From an uncultured Clostridia bacterium (GTDB taxonomy: Bacteria; Bacillota; Clostridia; Christensenellales; Borkfalkiaceae), in assembly GCA_947629845.1 (NCBI GenBank), contig CANRFD010000001.1, positions 1 through 35,309 of the forward strand: a DNA stretch of 35,309 nucleotides, in the 5' to 3' direction. This document shows, one piece after another, positions 15,544-25,714 of this stretch (its first letter is position 1; each line of letters begins with the position of its first letter). A program made the translations under genes and the position numbers. The notes under the pieces were generated by a model. It was given only the letters and a program-made list of their open reading frames with translations. It made no database searches and had not been told where the DNA came from.

Positions 15544-18066
15544 CTATCCGTCCGATCGTAAGATGAACTTCACCTCCGCGTCCTCTTCCGCCTGTACGGA
15601 GAAGGTGACGGCGGCGACGTCCGCGTCGGGTGCGGAGAGCCCGGTGTTCAGGGGGAAGCCTCCGTCGCGCCGCTTCACTTCAAAGGGCACGCCAACGCCG
15701 TTCACATACACGCACACGACGCGCCCCGCCCCCTTTACGAGGTGATATTTCACGGTGATCTCGCGGCGGGCAACGGCACGGGGGCCTGAAAACCGCCCTT
15801 CCGCCCCCTTGAAGCGCACGGCATAGGCATTCTCCCCGGGCAAATACTGCGCCGAATACCCGCTCTTTCTGAACTCCCCGAGCTTGTACGCCGTGGTCTC
15901 GCCGTCGTCCTCGTAGAGGTAGCCTTCGTCGCCGTCCGTCCCGGACGGGTAGAAGTCATAGACGAGTTTGGAGGGATCCTGCGCCTTGGTGGTCTGCGCC
16001 GCCCCGATGAGCGGGATGAGCGACCCGAGCCGCACAAAGAGGGGCATCGACCTGAGCCCGTACGCCTTTTTGATGACGCGCCTGCCCGCATAGACGGCGC
16101 CGTCGAATACGTCCAGCCACCTCCCCTCGGGAAGATAGACTTCGCGGGCGTTTCCCTCCCCCGTCTCCGCGGTATACAGCCCGAGAAAGGCTTCGCCGCC
16201 CGCCTGAAAGTAGAAGATCTCCAAGGTGTGTTCCACGCCGGGCTCGAGGTCGGCAAGCGCGTTGAGCGTCGCCGAGTGCATATTTTCATCCTTCAAAACG
16301 CATTTGCCGTCGAGGTAGACGGTCGCGCCGTCGTCGTTGCGTATGTACAGCCGTTCGGCGGCGTCGAGCACGATCTTGGTTCTGATCTTTGCCGAAAAGT
16401 CATAGACGGGAACGCCCTCCATAGGCGGTTCGTGGCGCAGATCCATGAACACGCTCTTCCAGACGGCGTGCGCGATGGGTTCGCCCTCCCACGCCCTGCC
16501 GCGGTAAAATTCCACCTCCACGGGCGCGGTGTAGTTTTTCTCGGCCAGCCGCTTGGGAACGGCCCCGCAGAGGGGCGCGATGAGAAGGTCTCTGCCGAGG
16601 AGATATTGGTTCCTGCACTTTGCCGCCCGCCTGTCATCGGGGTATTCGAGCGCAAGGGAACGGAACATGGGCACGCCCGTTTCGTACCCCTCCCGCGCGT
16701 TTGCGTACATGTAGGGCAGGAGGCGGTAGCGCAGCAGCGCGTATTCCCGCACGATGTCGAGCGTCTCTTCGTCATACAGCCACGGTTCGCGGTAGCGCTG
16801 CACGGAGTTGGTGCAGTGCGGGCGGAACACGGGCGAGAGCGTGCCGTATTGCATCCAGCGGATAAATTGCTCCTTGTCGGGATTGCCCGTGTGGCCGCCG
16901 CAGTCGGAATTCATATACCCGATACAGTTTTCCGAGCAGCGGACGAGGTTCTCCACCTCCTGCGCGAGCGAATAGGCGCAGCTGCCGATGTCCCCCGTCC
17001 ACTGGATGCCGTAGCGGTGGGAGGCGCTGTCCGCAATGCCGCGGTAGATGCCGTTGGAGATATCGACGACGTTCCCCATCACGACGGGGCGGCGGTAGAC
17101 CTGCGGATCGCCCGCGGCCTCCCTGTAAAAGCGCTCCGTGACGTCGTGATAGAGGTAGAGCCCCAGCGTCTCCCACTGCACGCTCTTGGTGGGCGAGACG
17201 AGGTGGGTGTGCCAATTCCTGTCGTACCACCACGTATCCAGCCCCATCTTCAGCAGCCTGCGCAGGTGCTTTTCGCGATAGGCGATCTCCCGGGGGGCGA
17301 ACACGCTTGCGCCGCGGACGGGTTCGGGGTGGTCGTTGAACATCACCTCGACGCCGCGGCCGTGCGCGAACGCGAGAAACTTCTTCATGTCGGGGAACAA
17401 GTTCCTGTTGATCTCGTAGCCCGTGCCGCTCTCGGCGACGCGCCAGTCGGTATCGATCACGAGATTGTCGAGCGGAACGCCGTATTTCTCGTAGTCAAAG
17501 ATGACCTGTTTGGCCTCTTTTTCGCTGTAAGCGTAGTATTTGGAGTTCCAGCCGCCGAGGGTGGCAAGGCGCACCAGCTCGCTCCTGCCCGTCAGGGCGA
17601 CGTAGAGGCGGCGGAGCTTTTTTGCGTCCCCGTCCGCAAAGATCAGGTAGAGATCCTTCACCCGCTCATAGATGCGGAAGTTCCCCTCCCTCGCCGCGGA
17701 ATAGCCGCCCGCGGGAACGAGGATGCGCGGACAGTCGGAGAGCGCAAAGACGGACGGCGTCCGCTGCGGCGGCGGAAGTTCGCCGCTGTTTTTGATGCGC
17801 TTGTAGCGGTAGACGGTCTTGCCGTCCCGCTCGACGCGGAGCCCGGAAAAGGCCTCCCCTTCGGGAAGATACACCGTATAGTCGCCTATACAGAGTACGT
17901 TTTCCTCGAGGGCGTAGTCGGGCGTCTCCCCCGCGAGGCCTGCGCGGTCGGGGATGAAGAAGGTGTTTTCGTCGCAAAATCCGCCGCGGAAGGCGTGTTC
18001 TATGCGCAAAACGTCCCGCCCCAAAAAACTTATACGGAAATTTCCGAAAAACAAGGTATTCTGCAT
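15544..18066 (-). CDS. Glycoside hydrolase family 31 enzyme with a PA14-like insert, predicted cytoplasmic (no signal peptide)
   Basis: GH31-like blocks are present: LVIDTDW, GLDTWWYDRNW (nucleophile region), GIQWTGDI, MQYGTLSPVFRPH and YLPEGRWLDVFDG...MPLFVRLGSLIPL. The PA14-like segment reads GATVYLDGKCVLKDE...HTLEIFYFQAGGEAFLGLY. The SD is GGAGAG, and the start lies 1 nt after the upstream stop. Confidence 0.88.
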   Translation of the reverse strand: MQNTLFFGNFRISFLGRDVLRIEHAFRGGFCDENTFFIPDRAGLAGETPDYALEENVLCIGDYTVYLPEGEAFSGLRVERDGKTVYRYKRIKNSGELPPPQRTPSVFALSDCPRILVPAGGYSAAREGNFRIYERVKDLYLIFADGDAKKLRRLYVALTGRSELVRLATLGGWNSKYYAYSEKEAKQVIFDYEKYGVPLDNLVIDTDWRVAESGTGYEINRNLFPDMKKFLAFAHGRGVEVMFNDHPEPVRGASVFAPREIAYREKHLRRLLKMGLDTWWYDRNWHTHLVSPTKSVQWETLGLYLYHDVTERFYREAAGDPQVYRRPVVMGNVVDISNGIYRGIADSASHRYGIQWTGDIGSCAYSLAQEVENLVRCSENCIGYMNSDCGGHTGNPDKEQFIRWMQYGTLSPVFRPHCTNSVQRYREPWLYDEETLDIVREYALLRYRLLPYMYANAREGYETGVPMFRSLALEYPDDRRAAKCRNQYLLGRDLLIAPLCGAVPKRLAEKNYTAPVEVEFYRGRAWEGEPIAHAVWKSVFMDLRHEPPMEGVPVYDFSAKIRTKIVLDAAERLYIRNDDGATVYLDGKCVLKDENMHSATLNALADLEPGVEHTLEIFYFQAGGEAFLGLYTAETGEGNAREVYLPEGRWLDVFDGAVYAGRRVIKKAYGLRSMPLFVRLGSLIPLIGAAQTTKAQDPSKLVYDFYPSGTDGDEGYLYEDDGETTAYKLGEFRKSGYSAQYLPGENAYAVRFKGAEGRFSGPRAVARREITVKYHLVKGAGRVVCVYVNGVGVPFEVKRRDGGFPLNTGLSAPDADVAAVTFSVQAEEDAEVKFILRSDG

Positions 18067-18067
18067 A

Positions 18068-19027
18068 TCAATTTCTCTCCGCTTTGAGTACTTTTCCCTT
18101 CGCCGTCAGCGGGCAGATGCGCGCGGTGCGGCAATCGGGCAGCGACCTGTCTGCCGAATAGTCGCGGGCGTGGTATACGAGGTACAGCTTGCCGTCTTCC
18201 TCGATGACGCTGTTGTGCCCCGTCCCCTCCTCCTCGGAATTGCGGCACAGAAGGGGCGCGTAGATGTCTGCGGACGGCTGCTTTTCGAAGCGCAGCCTGC
18301 GGACGTCGTTCTCCCGCCCGTGGGCGTAGGCGTAGCCGAGGAAGTACTTCTCGTTCTGGTAGCAATTCCCCGAGTAGGTGACGTAGTGGTCGTCGCCGAC
18401 GCGGAAATAGAACGCGCCCTCGACGGTGTGCCAATTCTGCCCCTTTTTGAAGCGGTCGTACATGAAGATCTCCTCGTCGAGCGTGGGGACGACGATGGGC
18501 ACGGGCTTCCCCTCCGGGGTGAACATATCCAAAAGTTTGTCCGCCACAATATAGGTACCCGCACGCTCCGCCGTCCAATCGTTGACGGAGTAGAAGATGT
18601 AGTACGCTTCCCCGCTCTTCACGACGTGCGGGTCGATGGAGAAGGCGGGCAGAATGGTCTTGCGGTAGACGAAGGGGCCCTCGGGCGAAGAGCTCGTCGC
18701 AACTTTTATGGCCTGCTCGTGCATGTCCTCCGTGCCCGACGGTACCGACGAATAGTACATGTAGAATACGCCGTCCCGTTCGATGACGCAGGGCGCCCAA
18801 AATTCCGTCATGCCCGCTTCGGCGAGCGTTCTGCCGAGGTACTTCCAGCCGCCGAGCAGGCGGTCGGAGGTAAACGTTTCCACCCCGCAGATGCCCGTCG
18901 CGTAGATGTAGTATTTTCCGTTTGCCTTTAAGATGTAGGGATCGCCCTGCGATGCGGGCGCGCCCTCTTCGGGGTGAATGAGTTTCATGGCCGAATAAAG
19001 ATGTGCGCCGCGATGACTGCGGCGCAC
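18068..19027 (-). CDS. Glycoside hydrolase family 43 enzyme (five-bladed propeller type), predicted cytoplasmic
   Basis: GH43-like blocks are GDPYILKANGKYYIYATG, FWAPCVIERDGVFYMYYS, IDPHVVKSGEAYYIFYS and TVEGAFYFRVGDDHYVTYSGN. GTG 19027 has AAAGGAGAA upstream; ATG 18988 (MKLIHPEE) is an alternative start. Confidence 0.82.
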   Translation of the reverse strand: MRRSHRGAHLYSAMKLIHPEEGAPASQGDPYILKANGKYYIYATGICGVETFTSDRLLGGWKYLGRTLAEAGMTEFWAPCVIERDGVFYMYYSSVPSGTEDMHEQAIKVATSSSPEGPFVYRKTILPAFSIDPHVVKSGEAYYIFYSVNDWTAERAGTYIVADKLLDMFTPEGKPVPIVVPTLDEEIFMYDRFKKGQNWHTVEGAFYFRVGDDHYVTYSGNCYQNEKYFLGYAYAHGRENDVRRLRFEKQPSADIYAPLLCRNSEEEGTGHNSVIEEDGKLYLVYHARDYSADRSLPDCRTARICPLTAKGKVLKAERN

Positions 19028-19039
19028 ACGTTCTCCTTT

Positions 19040-22000
19040 TTAATCTTGCTTTGCCGCGTATTCGCCCGACGTGTAGATACCCGTACCGTCCACACAGGCG
19101 GGGTTGTTGTTGATGTGCTCGCCCTTCGGCATCCACCACGCGTCGCCGTCGCCGAGCTGCGCATTGTTGATGCCGTCGTTGTTGGTTTTCCATGCCACGC
19201 CGACCTGTATCATGCCGTTGCGGATCATGTAGTCGTATTCAAGGAACACCTCGTTGGGGATGAACACCTCGATGATCGTGTGCTCGGTCGCCTGGTTGTG
19301 CCCTTCCACCTTCTCGTGCACGAGCTTTGCCTGCATGCCCTCGGCGCTCACCGCACAGCCGTCTGCCGTGGCGTTCACCCAGAACTGGCGGGGCATCTTG
19401 TTGCCTTCGCCGCCCCAGTTCCTGCCGATGCGGAGCTCGAGGTTGGTATTGTCGTACCATATGCCCCCATTGGTGGTGAATTTTTCATGGTAGGCCTCCG
19501 CCGCGAGATAGAGCCCCTTATCGGTGAGCTTGCCGTAGAAGGTCACGCTCTTGCCGTCGTACAAGTCGGTGCCCTTGATGCCGAGGGTGTGAAGTTCGCC
19601 CCAGTCGGAAAGGCTTCCGTCCACCGTGATGCTGTTGTCGTCCTTGGCAGCGCTCTCCGCGCCGAACTTCCAGCCGGGATGCTCATACTCTTCGTTCAAA
19701 ACCAGCCCGTCGCCCGTGAGATAGGCAAACATGTTGGGATCGTCGGGCCATACACCGTAAGGCGTGTACCACGCGTCGCCCTCGAAGCCGACGCCGCCGC
19801 CGTTGATCGACTCGTCGCCGCCCGCCGACTTGACCGCAAGCCCGATGCGGACGACGCCGTTCTGCCTGTACTGGTCGATGATCGCATTGGGATAGAACAC
19901 TTCGAACACGCTGCAATACTTCGCCGCGTCGCCGCCGCTGTTATTTGTGAATTTGGCGGTCGCCCCGCTGAAATCCGTGCCGTTGTTCGAGCCCATCGTC
20001 GGCGTATCTATCGAAATCGCGTCTTTGAGATAGACGTAGAACTGCGCATTCGCGAAGTGGATCTCGAAGTTGGTGTTATCCCACCAATTCGTCTGCCCGA
20101 ACTTGGGATCGTTGTTGTGGTAGTACTCCACCGCGAGATAGATGCCGTCGCTGCGGAGCACGCCGTACCACGTCGCCTTTCTGCCGTCGGAGTAGCTGTG
20201 CGCGGAGAGCGTCTTGCTGTTGAGAGTCTTCCAATCGTCTACCCTGCCGTTGACGGTGAGATGCGCGCCCCAGTGCGCCGTGAGCGTAACATTCTCTGCG
20301 GGCATCTCGAACTTCTCCCCGCCGCCGTACACTCTGTCGTTGTAGTCCCAGCCGACGAGGTCGAAGCCCGTTCTCTCGGGAACTTCCGTGGTGACGACGA
20401 CGCTCTCGCCTTCAATATACTTCCTGCCCTCGGGCGGCGTGCCCTCGGCCTCGCCGAGCGAATAGGTGAGCGTATATTCCTTCGCCCAGACTGCGGTGAG
20501 CGTGATATCCTCTTCGCCGATGTCGCCTGTGCCCCCGGCCTCGTATGTCGTCTCGCCGTCGCTCCAACCCATGAAGCGGTAGCCTTCGCGGGCAAGGTCG
20601 CCCTTTTCCGCCACGGGGAATTCTTCGCCGGGCGCGTATTCGGCGTCGTCGACGGGAACTTCGCCCGTCACTTCGCCCTCGCCCTTCGCGTAGGTCACAT
20701 GGTAAGTGCCCGTCGCGTCGTTGGAGATCCAGATCGCCGTCATGGTGACGCCCTCCTCGGGCATGGTGTACGTGGCGCCCGCGCGATAGCGGTGCTCGCC
20801 GTCGTACCAGCTCAAAAGGCGGTAGCCATCCCGCGTGAAGGTGCATGCGGGAAGCTCTACAGTGTCGCCGCAGAATACGGTCAAAGGCTCCATCGTGCCC
20901 GAGCCGCCCTCGCCGGCATCGAATGTGATCTGATACTCGGCGCCGATGCCCTTTGCGACCACAGGCAGATGATTCTCCCTGGGGCTGCCGTCAAACGACC
21001 ACCAGTTGGTGCCGCCGAGCAGGTTTTCCGCAGAGGTGTCGCCGGAGGGCTTGAACGCAAACCCGACGGCAACAGGATCGCCCGCCTTGAAGCCGTCCCT
21101 CGTCAGGGAGGCGAAGGGAACGAAGATCTCGCCCACCGTATCGTACTCTCTGTTCTCGTCGCGCACGGTGATCATCACGGCGTCCATGTAGCCGCTCGTG
21201 CCGAACGATGTGAGCGCATAGTGATCCTTCTCCTCGGAGCCGTTGATGAAGAACTCGATGTTGGTGTTCTGCCACCAGCCGCTGCGGGCAAGGCTCGGGT
21301 CCTCGTCCCACTTGGCTGCGGGCGGATTGACGAGGTGGTGCACCTCGTAGGCCATATACAGGCCGTCCGTCCCGTAGAAGGCGCGAACCTTCATGCTGTT
21401 GCCGTTGGGGTCGTCGGTAAATTTGAAGTGCCTGTTCACCTCGTCGTTCTTCCAGTCGGAGAGGTCGCCGTCGATCTTCACGTCCTTGGCGGTGAACTTT
21501 TCGACCTCCGTCTTTACCTTTGCGGCGTCCGTCTCATATTCGTTGTTCTTGAACGTCGCCATCGTGTTGAAGCACATAAACCCGGGAACGGCGCCCTCCG
21601 CCGCAGCGAAGCCGTGCACCGTCTTTACGAGCGTGCCGTCGAGCACGAAGTAGAGATCGCCTTGGTAGTAGATGGTCTCCATCTTGATGCTGCCGTAACC
21701 ACCGATGGCGGTGCTGCCCCAGTGCCCGCCCATGGAGGTGGAGGCGTTGCTGTTCCACATCCAGTTGGTGGCGTCCTTGGTGGTGATCTCGGCGTGCACG
21801 GTGCCGAAGTTGGTGCCGTTTCTGTTCGCCGCGTCGATATGGAAGGACTGCAGCTCCTTCACCGACTTATTCACAAGCCCGAACTTGGGGTAATTGTCGC
21901 CTCCGAGGAAGGCATTGCCGTTGGGCAGAAGTTCGACCGTAGACTTGAGATAGTACGCCTTCTGCGGCGTATGGTCGAAGTAATAGAACTCGTTGCCCTC

Positions 22001-22801
22001 GCCCTCTTGCTCGATCGCCTTCGACGAAGTTGTAAAGCCCGCCGTGTGCGTCTGCATGCCGTTCTCGTCCACGACGTACCACGTCGCGGGGGCGTTGAGA
22101 TCGCAGCCGAGCATCATCGTCCATGTGGAGCGCTGCTCGTTCATGGGGTTGGCAAGGGTGTTGAAGGAGGGCGCACAGACGACCTTCCCCTCCTTGGGTT
22201 TTCCCTCGAGCCCGATGGAGGTATAGGGCAGGTACAGCTCGACGGAGTACCCCTCCGTGTCGCCGTTCAGCGTGCCGTTCACGTGCACCGCGCCCATGCT
22301 CGGGATGTACTTCTTGGAGTAGGAGTACCCGTCCCCCGAGCGGAAGCCCACCCACTGGTCGGGCGTGCCGTTGGCGCCGAGGCGGAGCTGCACGACGTTG
22401 CTGTTGAGCCGCTCCGTGCCGTAAGGCGCGACCTGTATCTCCACGCTCGTATTGTTGAATACGTCGTGGCTCGGGTTGTAGTTGACGTGCTCGTCGTCAG
22501 AGACGAACCCGAAGAACACTCCCTCTTCGCCCATGTGGGCGTACACCTTCATGTTGACGTCGTTCACGTCGGAGAAGTCGAGGTGCCCTTCGCCGTATTC
22601 CGACGTATTCACGAGGCCGTCCAACTCGATGTTCTCATCGGGATATTCGAGGGCGCGCCAGTCCTTTTCGCTCGTGCCTCCGTGGTTGTAGGTGTATTCT
22701 TCGAAATGATAATCGCTGTTCGAGCACCCGACGAGCCCCGCTGCGGCAAGTCCTGCAGCGAGCACCGCTGCGCCCGCGATGATCCATGACTTCTTTTTCA
22801 T
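19040..22801 (-). CDS. Large non-catalytic surface lipoprotein with several CBM9-like (DOMON-fold) modules and three Listeria-Bacteroides (Flg_new/InlB B-repeat) units
   Basis: The signal peptide carries the lipobox AAGLVGC. Blocks of the form DGxLSDW...GLY(L/M)A.E..H...W(W/Y)(D/Q)NTN(F/L/I)E recur, for example KIDGDLSDWKNDE, TVNGRVDDWKTLN and TVDGSLSDWGELH. The three Flg_new units (about 20270-20935) begin YQITFDAGEGG, YHVTYAKGEGE and YTLTYSLGEAE and end in (A/T)(I/V/H)W. I saw no catalytic motif. Confidence 0.82.
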   Translation of the reverse strand: MKKKSWIIAGAAVLAAGLAAAGLVGCSNSDYHFEEYTYNHGGTSEKDWRALEYPDENIELDGLVNTSEYGEGHLDFSDVNDVNMKVYAHMGEEGVFFGFVSDDEHVNYNPSHDVFNNTSVEIQVAPYGTERLNSNVVQLRLGANGTPDQWVGFRSGDGYSYSKKYIPSMGAVHVNGTLNGDTEGYSVELYLPYTSIGLEGKPKEGKVVCAPSFNTLANPMNEQRSTWTMMLGCDLNAPATWYVVDENGMQTHTAGFTTSSKAIEQEGEGNEFYYFDHTPQKAYYLKSTVELLPNGNAFLGGDNYPKFGLVNKSVKELQSFHIDAANRNGTNFGTVHAEITTKDATNWMWNSNASTSMGGHWGSTAIGGYGSIKMETIYYQGDLYFVLDGTLVKTVHGFAAAEGAVPGFMCFNTMATFKNNEYETDAAKVKTEVEKFTAKDVKIDGDLSDWKNDEVNRHFKFTDDPNGNSMKVRAFYGTDGLYMAYEVHHLVNPPAAKWDEDPSLARSGWWQNTNIEFFINGSEEKDHYALTSFGTSGYMDAVMITVRDENREYDTVGEIFVPFASLTRDGFKAGDPVAVGFAFKPSGDTSAENLLGGTNWWSFDGSPRENHLPVVAKGIGAEYQITFDAGEGGSGTMEPLTVFCGDTVELPACTFTRDGYRLLSWYDGEHRYRAGATYTMPEEGVTMTAIWISNDATGTYHVTYAKGEGEVTGEVPVDDAEYAPGEEFPVAEKGDLAREGYRFMGWSDGETTYEAGGTGDIGEEDITLTAVWAKEYTLTYSLGEAEGTPPEGRKYIEGESVVVTTEVPERTGFDLVGWDYNDRVYGGGEKFEMPAENVTLTAHWGAHLTVNGRVDDWKTLNSKTLSAHSYSDGRKATWYGVLRSDGIYLAVEYYHNNDPKFGQTNWWDNTNFEIHFANAQFYVYLKDAISIDTPTMGSNNGTDFSGATAKFTNNSGGDAAKYCSVFEVFYPNAIIDQYRQNGVVRIGLAVKSAGGDESINGGGVGFEGDAWYTPYGVWPDDPNMFAYLTGDGLVLNEEYEHPGWKFGAESAAKDDNSITVDGSLSDWGELHTLGIKGTDLYDGKSVTFYGKLTDKGLYLAAEAYHEKFTTNGGIWYDNTNLELRIGRNWGGEGNKMPRQFWVNATADGCAVSAEGMQAKLVHEKVEGHNQATEHTIIEVFIPNEVFLEYDYMIRNGMIQVGVAWKTNNDGINNAQLGDGDAWWMPKGEHINNNPACVDGTGIYTSGEYAAKQD

Positions 22802-22813
22802 CGTTCTCCCTCC

Positions 22814-24718
22814 TTATTTCCCGAGCACCATGATCTCCGAAAGCGCGCGTTCGTAGTTCACCTTCGGCAGCGTGATGCGGATGGTCTTTACGAGCATGGG
22901 CTTAAATTCGATGGCGAACGTTCCGCCCGAGACGTAATATTCCTCGCCGGGGTAGTACTTGTTGTAGTCGTATTCCAATTTTTCGGTATACGCCGTGCCC
23001 GTCGTCTCGCCGTCCTTGAAGTCGAACTCCACCTTGGCGATCTCGGCAACGGAGAGGTCGTAGCTGTAGCTGTTGGCGATGAAGAGCGCCGAGATCTCCC
23101 TGTAGTCCTCGAACTCGAGGGTGATGGTCGTCTCGCTCATGGTCAGCCCGAACTCATGGATATAGCTCACGTCGTCGTGGATCTTGATGATGCCGTCGTT
23201 GAGATATTTCACGTCGCTGCCCTCTCCCGCGGCCGAGCACGAGATGGCGGCGTCCTTTGCGATGTTCTTCCACTCCGCCGTCGTCAGCGGCATGTGCGAG
23301 AAGGTGGGGCCGTTGGCGTGGGGCACTTCCAGCCCCTGCTCGTTGGCCGTCCAAACGATCTCGTCGAAGGCGATGGCACGCTCGCCGCCGCCCAATCTGC
23401 GGTCGGTATGCGCATGGTATACGACGTATGTGGAACCGTTGGCGTTCACGAAACTGTGATGCCCCGTGCCGCTCGCCCACATGCCGCCGCTGTACAGCAG
23501 CCAGCCGCCCTCCTCCAAAGCCAGCTTTTTGAAGGGCCCCATCGGGCTGTCGCCCACGGCGACGCGCACCGAATAGGCGACCTGCGTGTAGCTGTTCGCG
23601 GAGTACATGAGATAGTACTTGCTGCCGTGCTTCACCATGAAGGGCGCCTCGTTGACGTTGCCCTCGTTGAGATCGGCGGCCGCCCCGCCGAGCTTGGTCT
23701 GGTTGGGATAGGTCAGCTTCTTCATCTGCGTGTAGTCGGGCGTCCAGTCGTCGTTCATCTTGATGACGCCGATCGACGACCTGCTGTGGTTCTCCCCGAG
23801 GTCCTGCACGAAGTAGAGATACTTTTCGCCGTTTTCATCGATGAACGGGCTGGCGTCGATGACCTTCATGTAGCCGCCCTCGCCCATCTCGTCCTGCGCT
23901 ACCCGCTGCGTCGCATGGCCGCTGTCGAGCATGAGATCGCCCTTCTTAAGGAGGGGTTCGCCTAGCTGCCAGCTCGGGTCGATCTCCGCGTCCGCGGGCA
24001 CCTTGGAGAAGTCGAGAAGGGGCATAAACACCTTGAGCTTGCCCTGATAGTCGCTCGGGTTGCTCGCGTCGGGATTATTGAAGTTGCCGAAGGCCTTCTT
24101 CGCCGCCTCGTCGTCCGTGACGGGCGCCCACTGCGCCTTCTCTTCCGCGGTGCCGTTGTCGTACTTCCACTTTGCGTACTGAATAAACGGCCCCTGCGGG
24201 TCCTCGCTCACCGCGACGTCGATGTAGAAGGAGAGCCCTCTGAAGAGGTACGCCGCGTTGTAGAACATGAGATAGAGCCCGAGATCTTCGTCGTAGATGA
24301 CTTCGGGTGCCCAGTAGTTGGACGTCGAGAAGGCGGAATACGTCACATCGCCCTCCACATACATGGTGGGATTGTAGGCGACGCCCATGCACTCCCAGTC
24401 GTTGAGATTTTTGCTGCGATAGGCAAGATAGCCCGTGGCGCCGATGGGGTCGGACGTATTGTACATGTAGTAATAGCCCTTCTCCTCCCCTTCCGTCACA
24501 TAGATGGCGGAGGGGTCTGCGCCCTTGACTTTTAAGTCGTTCTGATAGACGGTGCCGTGGTTATAGTCCTCTTCGGTGACATTGCCGTAGTCGTCGGCTT
24601 GGCTCTCGTAGTAGTGATAGGCCAGCGGGATGTTGTTTCCCCCGCAGCCCGTCACCATGCCTAAGGCGAGCCCCGAGACGAGCACCGTCCCCAAAAGGTA
24701 TGCGATCGGTCTTTTCAT
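22814..24718 (-). CDS. Secreted GH43 family glycoside hydrolase lipoprotein with a C-terminal beta-sandwich (CBM-like) domain
   Basis: The signal peptide carries the lipobox LGMVTGC. GH43-like blocks are GADPSAIYVTEGEEKGYYYMY, YWAPEVIYDEDLGLYLMFY, IDASPFIDENGEKYLYF and NEAPFMVKHGSKYYLMYSAN. The SD AGGAGG is present. Confidence 0.85.
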   Translation of the reverse strand: MKRPIAYLLGTVLVSGLALGMVTGCGGNNIPLAYHYYESQADDYGNVTEEDYNHGTVYQNDLKVKGADPSAIYVTEGEEKGYYYMYNTSDPIGATGYLAYRSKNLNDWECMGVAYNPTMYVEGDVTYSAFSTSNYWAPEVIYDEDLGLYLMFYNAAYLFRGLSFYIDVAVSEDPQGPFIQYAKWKYDNGTAEEKAQWAPVTDDEAAKKAFGNFNNPDASNPSDYQGKLKVFMPLLDFSKVPADAEIDPSWQLGEPLLKKGDLMLDSGHATQRVAQDEMGEGGYMKVIDASPFIDENGEKYLYFVQDLGENHSRSSIGVIKMNDDWTPDYTQMKKLTYPNQTKLGGAAADLNEGNVNEAPFMVKHGSKYYLMYSANSYTQVAYSVRVAVGDSPMGPFKKLALEEGGWLLYSGGMWASGTGHHSFVNANGSTYVVYHAHTDRRLGGGERAIAFDEIVWTANEQGLEVPHANGPTFSHMPLTTAEWKNIAKDAAISCSAAGEGSDVKYLNDGIIKIHDDVSYIHEFGLTMSETTITLEFEDYREISALFIANSYSYDLSVAEIAKVEFDFKDGETTGTAYTEKLEYDYNKYYPGEEYYVSGGTFAIEFKPMLVKTIRITLPKVNYERALSEIMVLGK

Positions 24719-24733
24719 CTCTCTCCTCCTTGA

Positions 24734-25714
24734 TTATTTTAATCCGGAAACGGCGATCCCTTCGATGAAATAGCGCTGCGCCACCAGATAGATGAGAATG
24801 GTGGGGATGAGCGCGATCACCGTGGACGCCATCAGTTTGTTTTTCTCGCTGAACTGCGTGGAAAACGCATACAGCGCGACCTGCAGCGTTGCGTAGTCCG
24901 TCCCTTGGACGTAGAGCAACGGCCCGAGGTAATCGTTGTAGCCGCCGACAAATCCCAGCACGCCCTGCGCGATGAGCGCGGGAACGGAGAGCGGGAGCAT
25001 CATCCTGAAGAACATGCCGAAGTATCCCAGCCCGTCGAGGCGCGCCGCTTCGAGCGTCTCCGACGGAATGCCCATGAAGAACTGCCGCAGATAGAACACG
25101 CATGCGGCGGCGCCGAACATGCCGGGGATCATGAGCGGGAGCGGCGTATGGTTCCAGCCGATGTTGTCGTAGATGACGAAGGACGGGACGAGCGTCACCA
25201 TGCCGGGGATCATCATCGTCGCCATCATCAGCCCGAACAGGATGTTTTTGCCGCGGAATTTCAGTTTTGCAAACGCATACGCCGAGAACGCCGAAGTGAG
25301 AAGCCCCAAAATGGTGGGCGGGAGCACGATCCAGAGGGTGTTGAAGAACCCCTTCATGATGGTCAGCCCCGAGCCGTCGTTCATGGGCTCGAACACGCTT
25401 GCGTAGGAACTGAAGTCAAACCCCTTCGTGGGCACCCAGGTGAACGTGGGCTGGATGACCTCCGCCGTCGTCTTGAAGCTCGTGACGAGGATGATATAGA
25501 ACGGCACGAGAATCCAGAGCAGGAAGACGATCAAGAAGAAGTAGACGAACACCTTCTTGGTGATGTTCACGGGGTTGCTTGCAATGGATTTGACCTTTTT
25601 CTTTTTGGGTGCGGGTATCTTTGCGCCGCCCTCGGTCTCTTCGGTTCCGAGCACGTTGAGCGGCTGTGCGATCTCCTCTGCGGGGAGAGATTCATTCATG
25701 ATCTCGTCATTCAT
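24734..25714 (-). CDS. Carbohydrate ABC transporter permease (CUT1, MalG-like)
   Basis: It has six hydrophobic segments and an EAA-loop-like sequence, PSETLEAARLDGLGYFGMFFRMMLP. Its start overlaps the upstream stop as ATGAATGA. Confidence 0.9.
   Translation of the reverse strand: MNDEIMNESLPAEEIAQPLNVLGTEETEGGAKIPAPKKKKVKSIASNPVNITKKVFVYFFLIVFLLWILVPFYIILVTSFKTTAEVIQPTFTWVPTKGFDFSSYASVFEPMNDGSGLTIMKGFFNTLWIVLPPTILGLLTSAFSAYAFAKLKFRGKNILFGLMMATMMIPGMVTLVPSFVIYDNIGWNHTPLPLMIPGMFGAAACVFYLRQFFMGIPSETLEAARLDGLGYFGMFFRMMLPLSVPALIAQGVLGFVGGYNDYLGPLLYVQGTDYATLQVALYAFSTQFSEKNKLMASTVIALIPTILIYLVAQRYFIEGIAVSGLK

Noticed and set aside
16228-22789. Long plus-strand ORFs 16228-18087 (619 aa) and 18974-22789 (1271 aa), and the out-of-frame minus ORF 18030-19193 (387 aa)
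   Set aside because: They are antisense or out of frame relative to the GH31, GH43 and CBM9-like genes, which have family motifs, signal peptides and SD sequences. Their translations are dominated by R, A, G, V and H.
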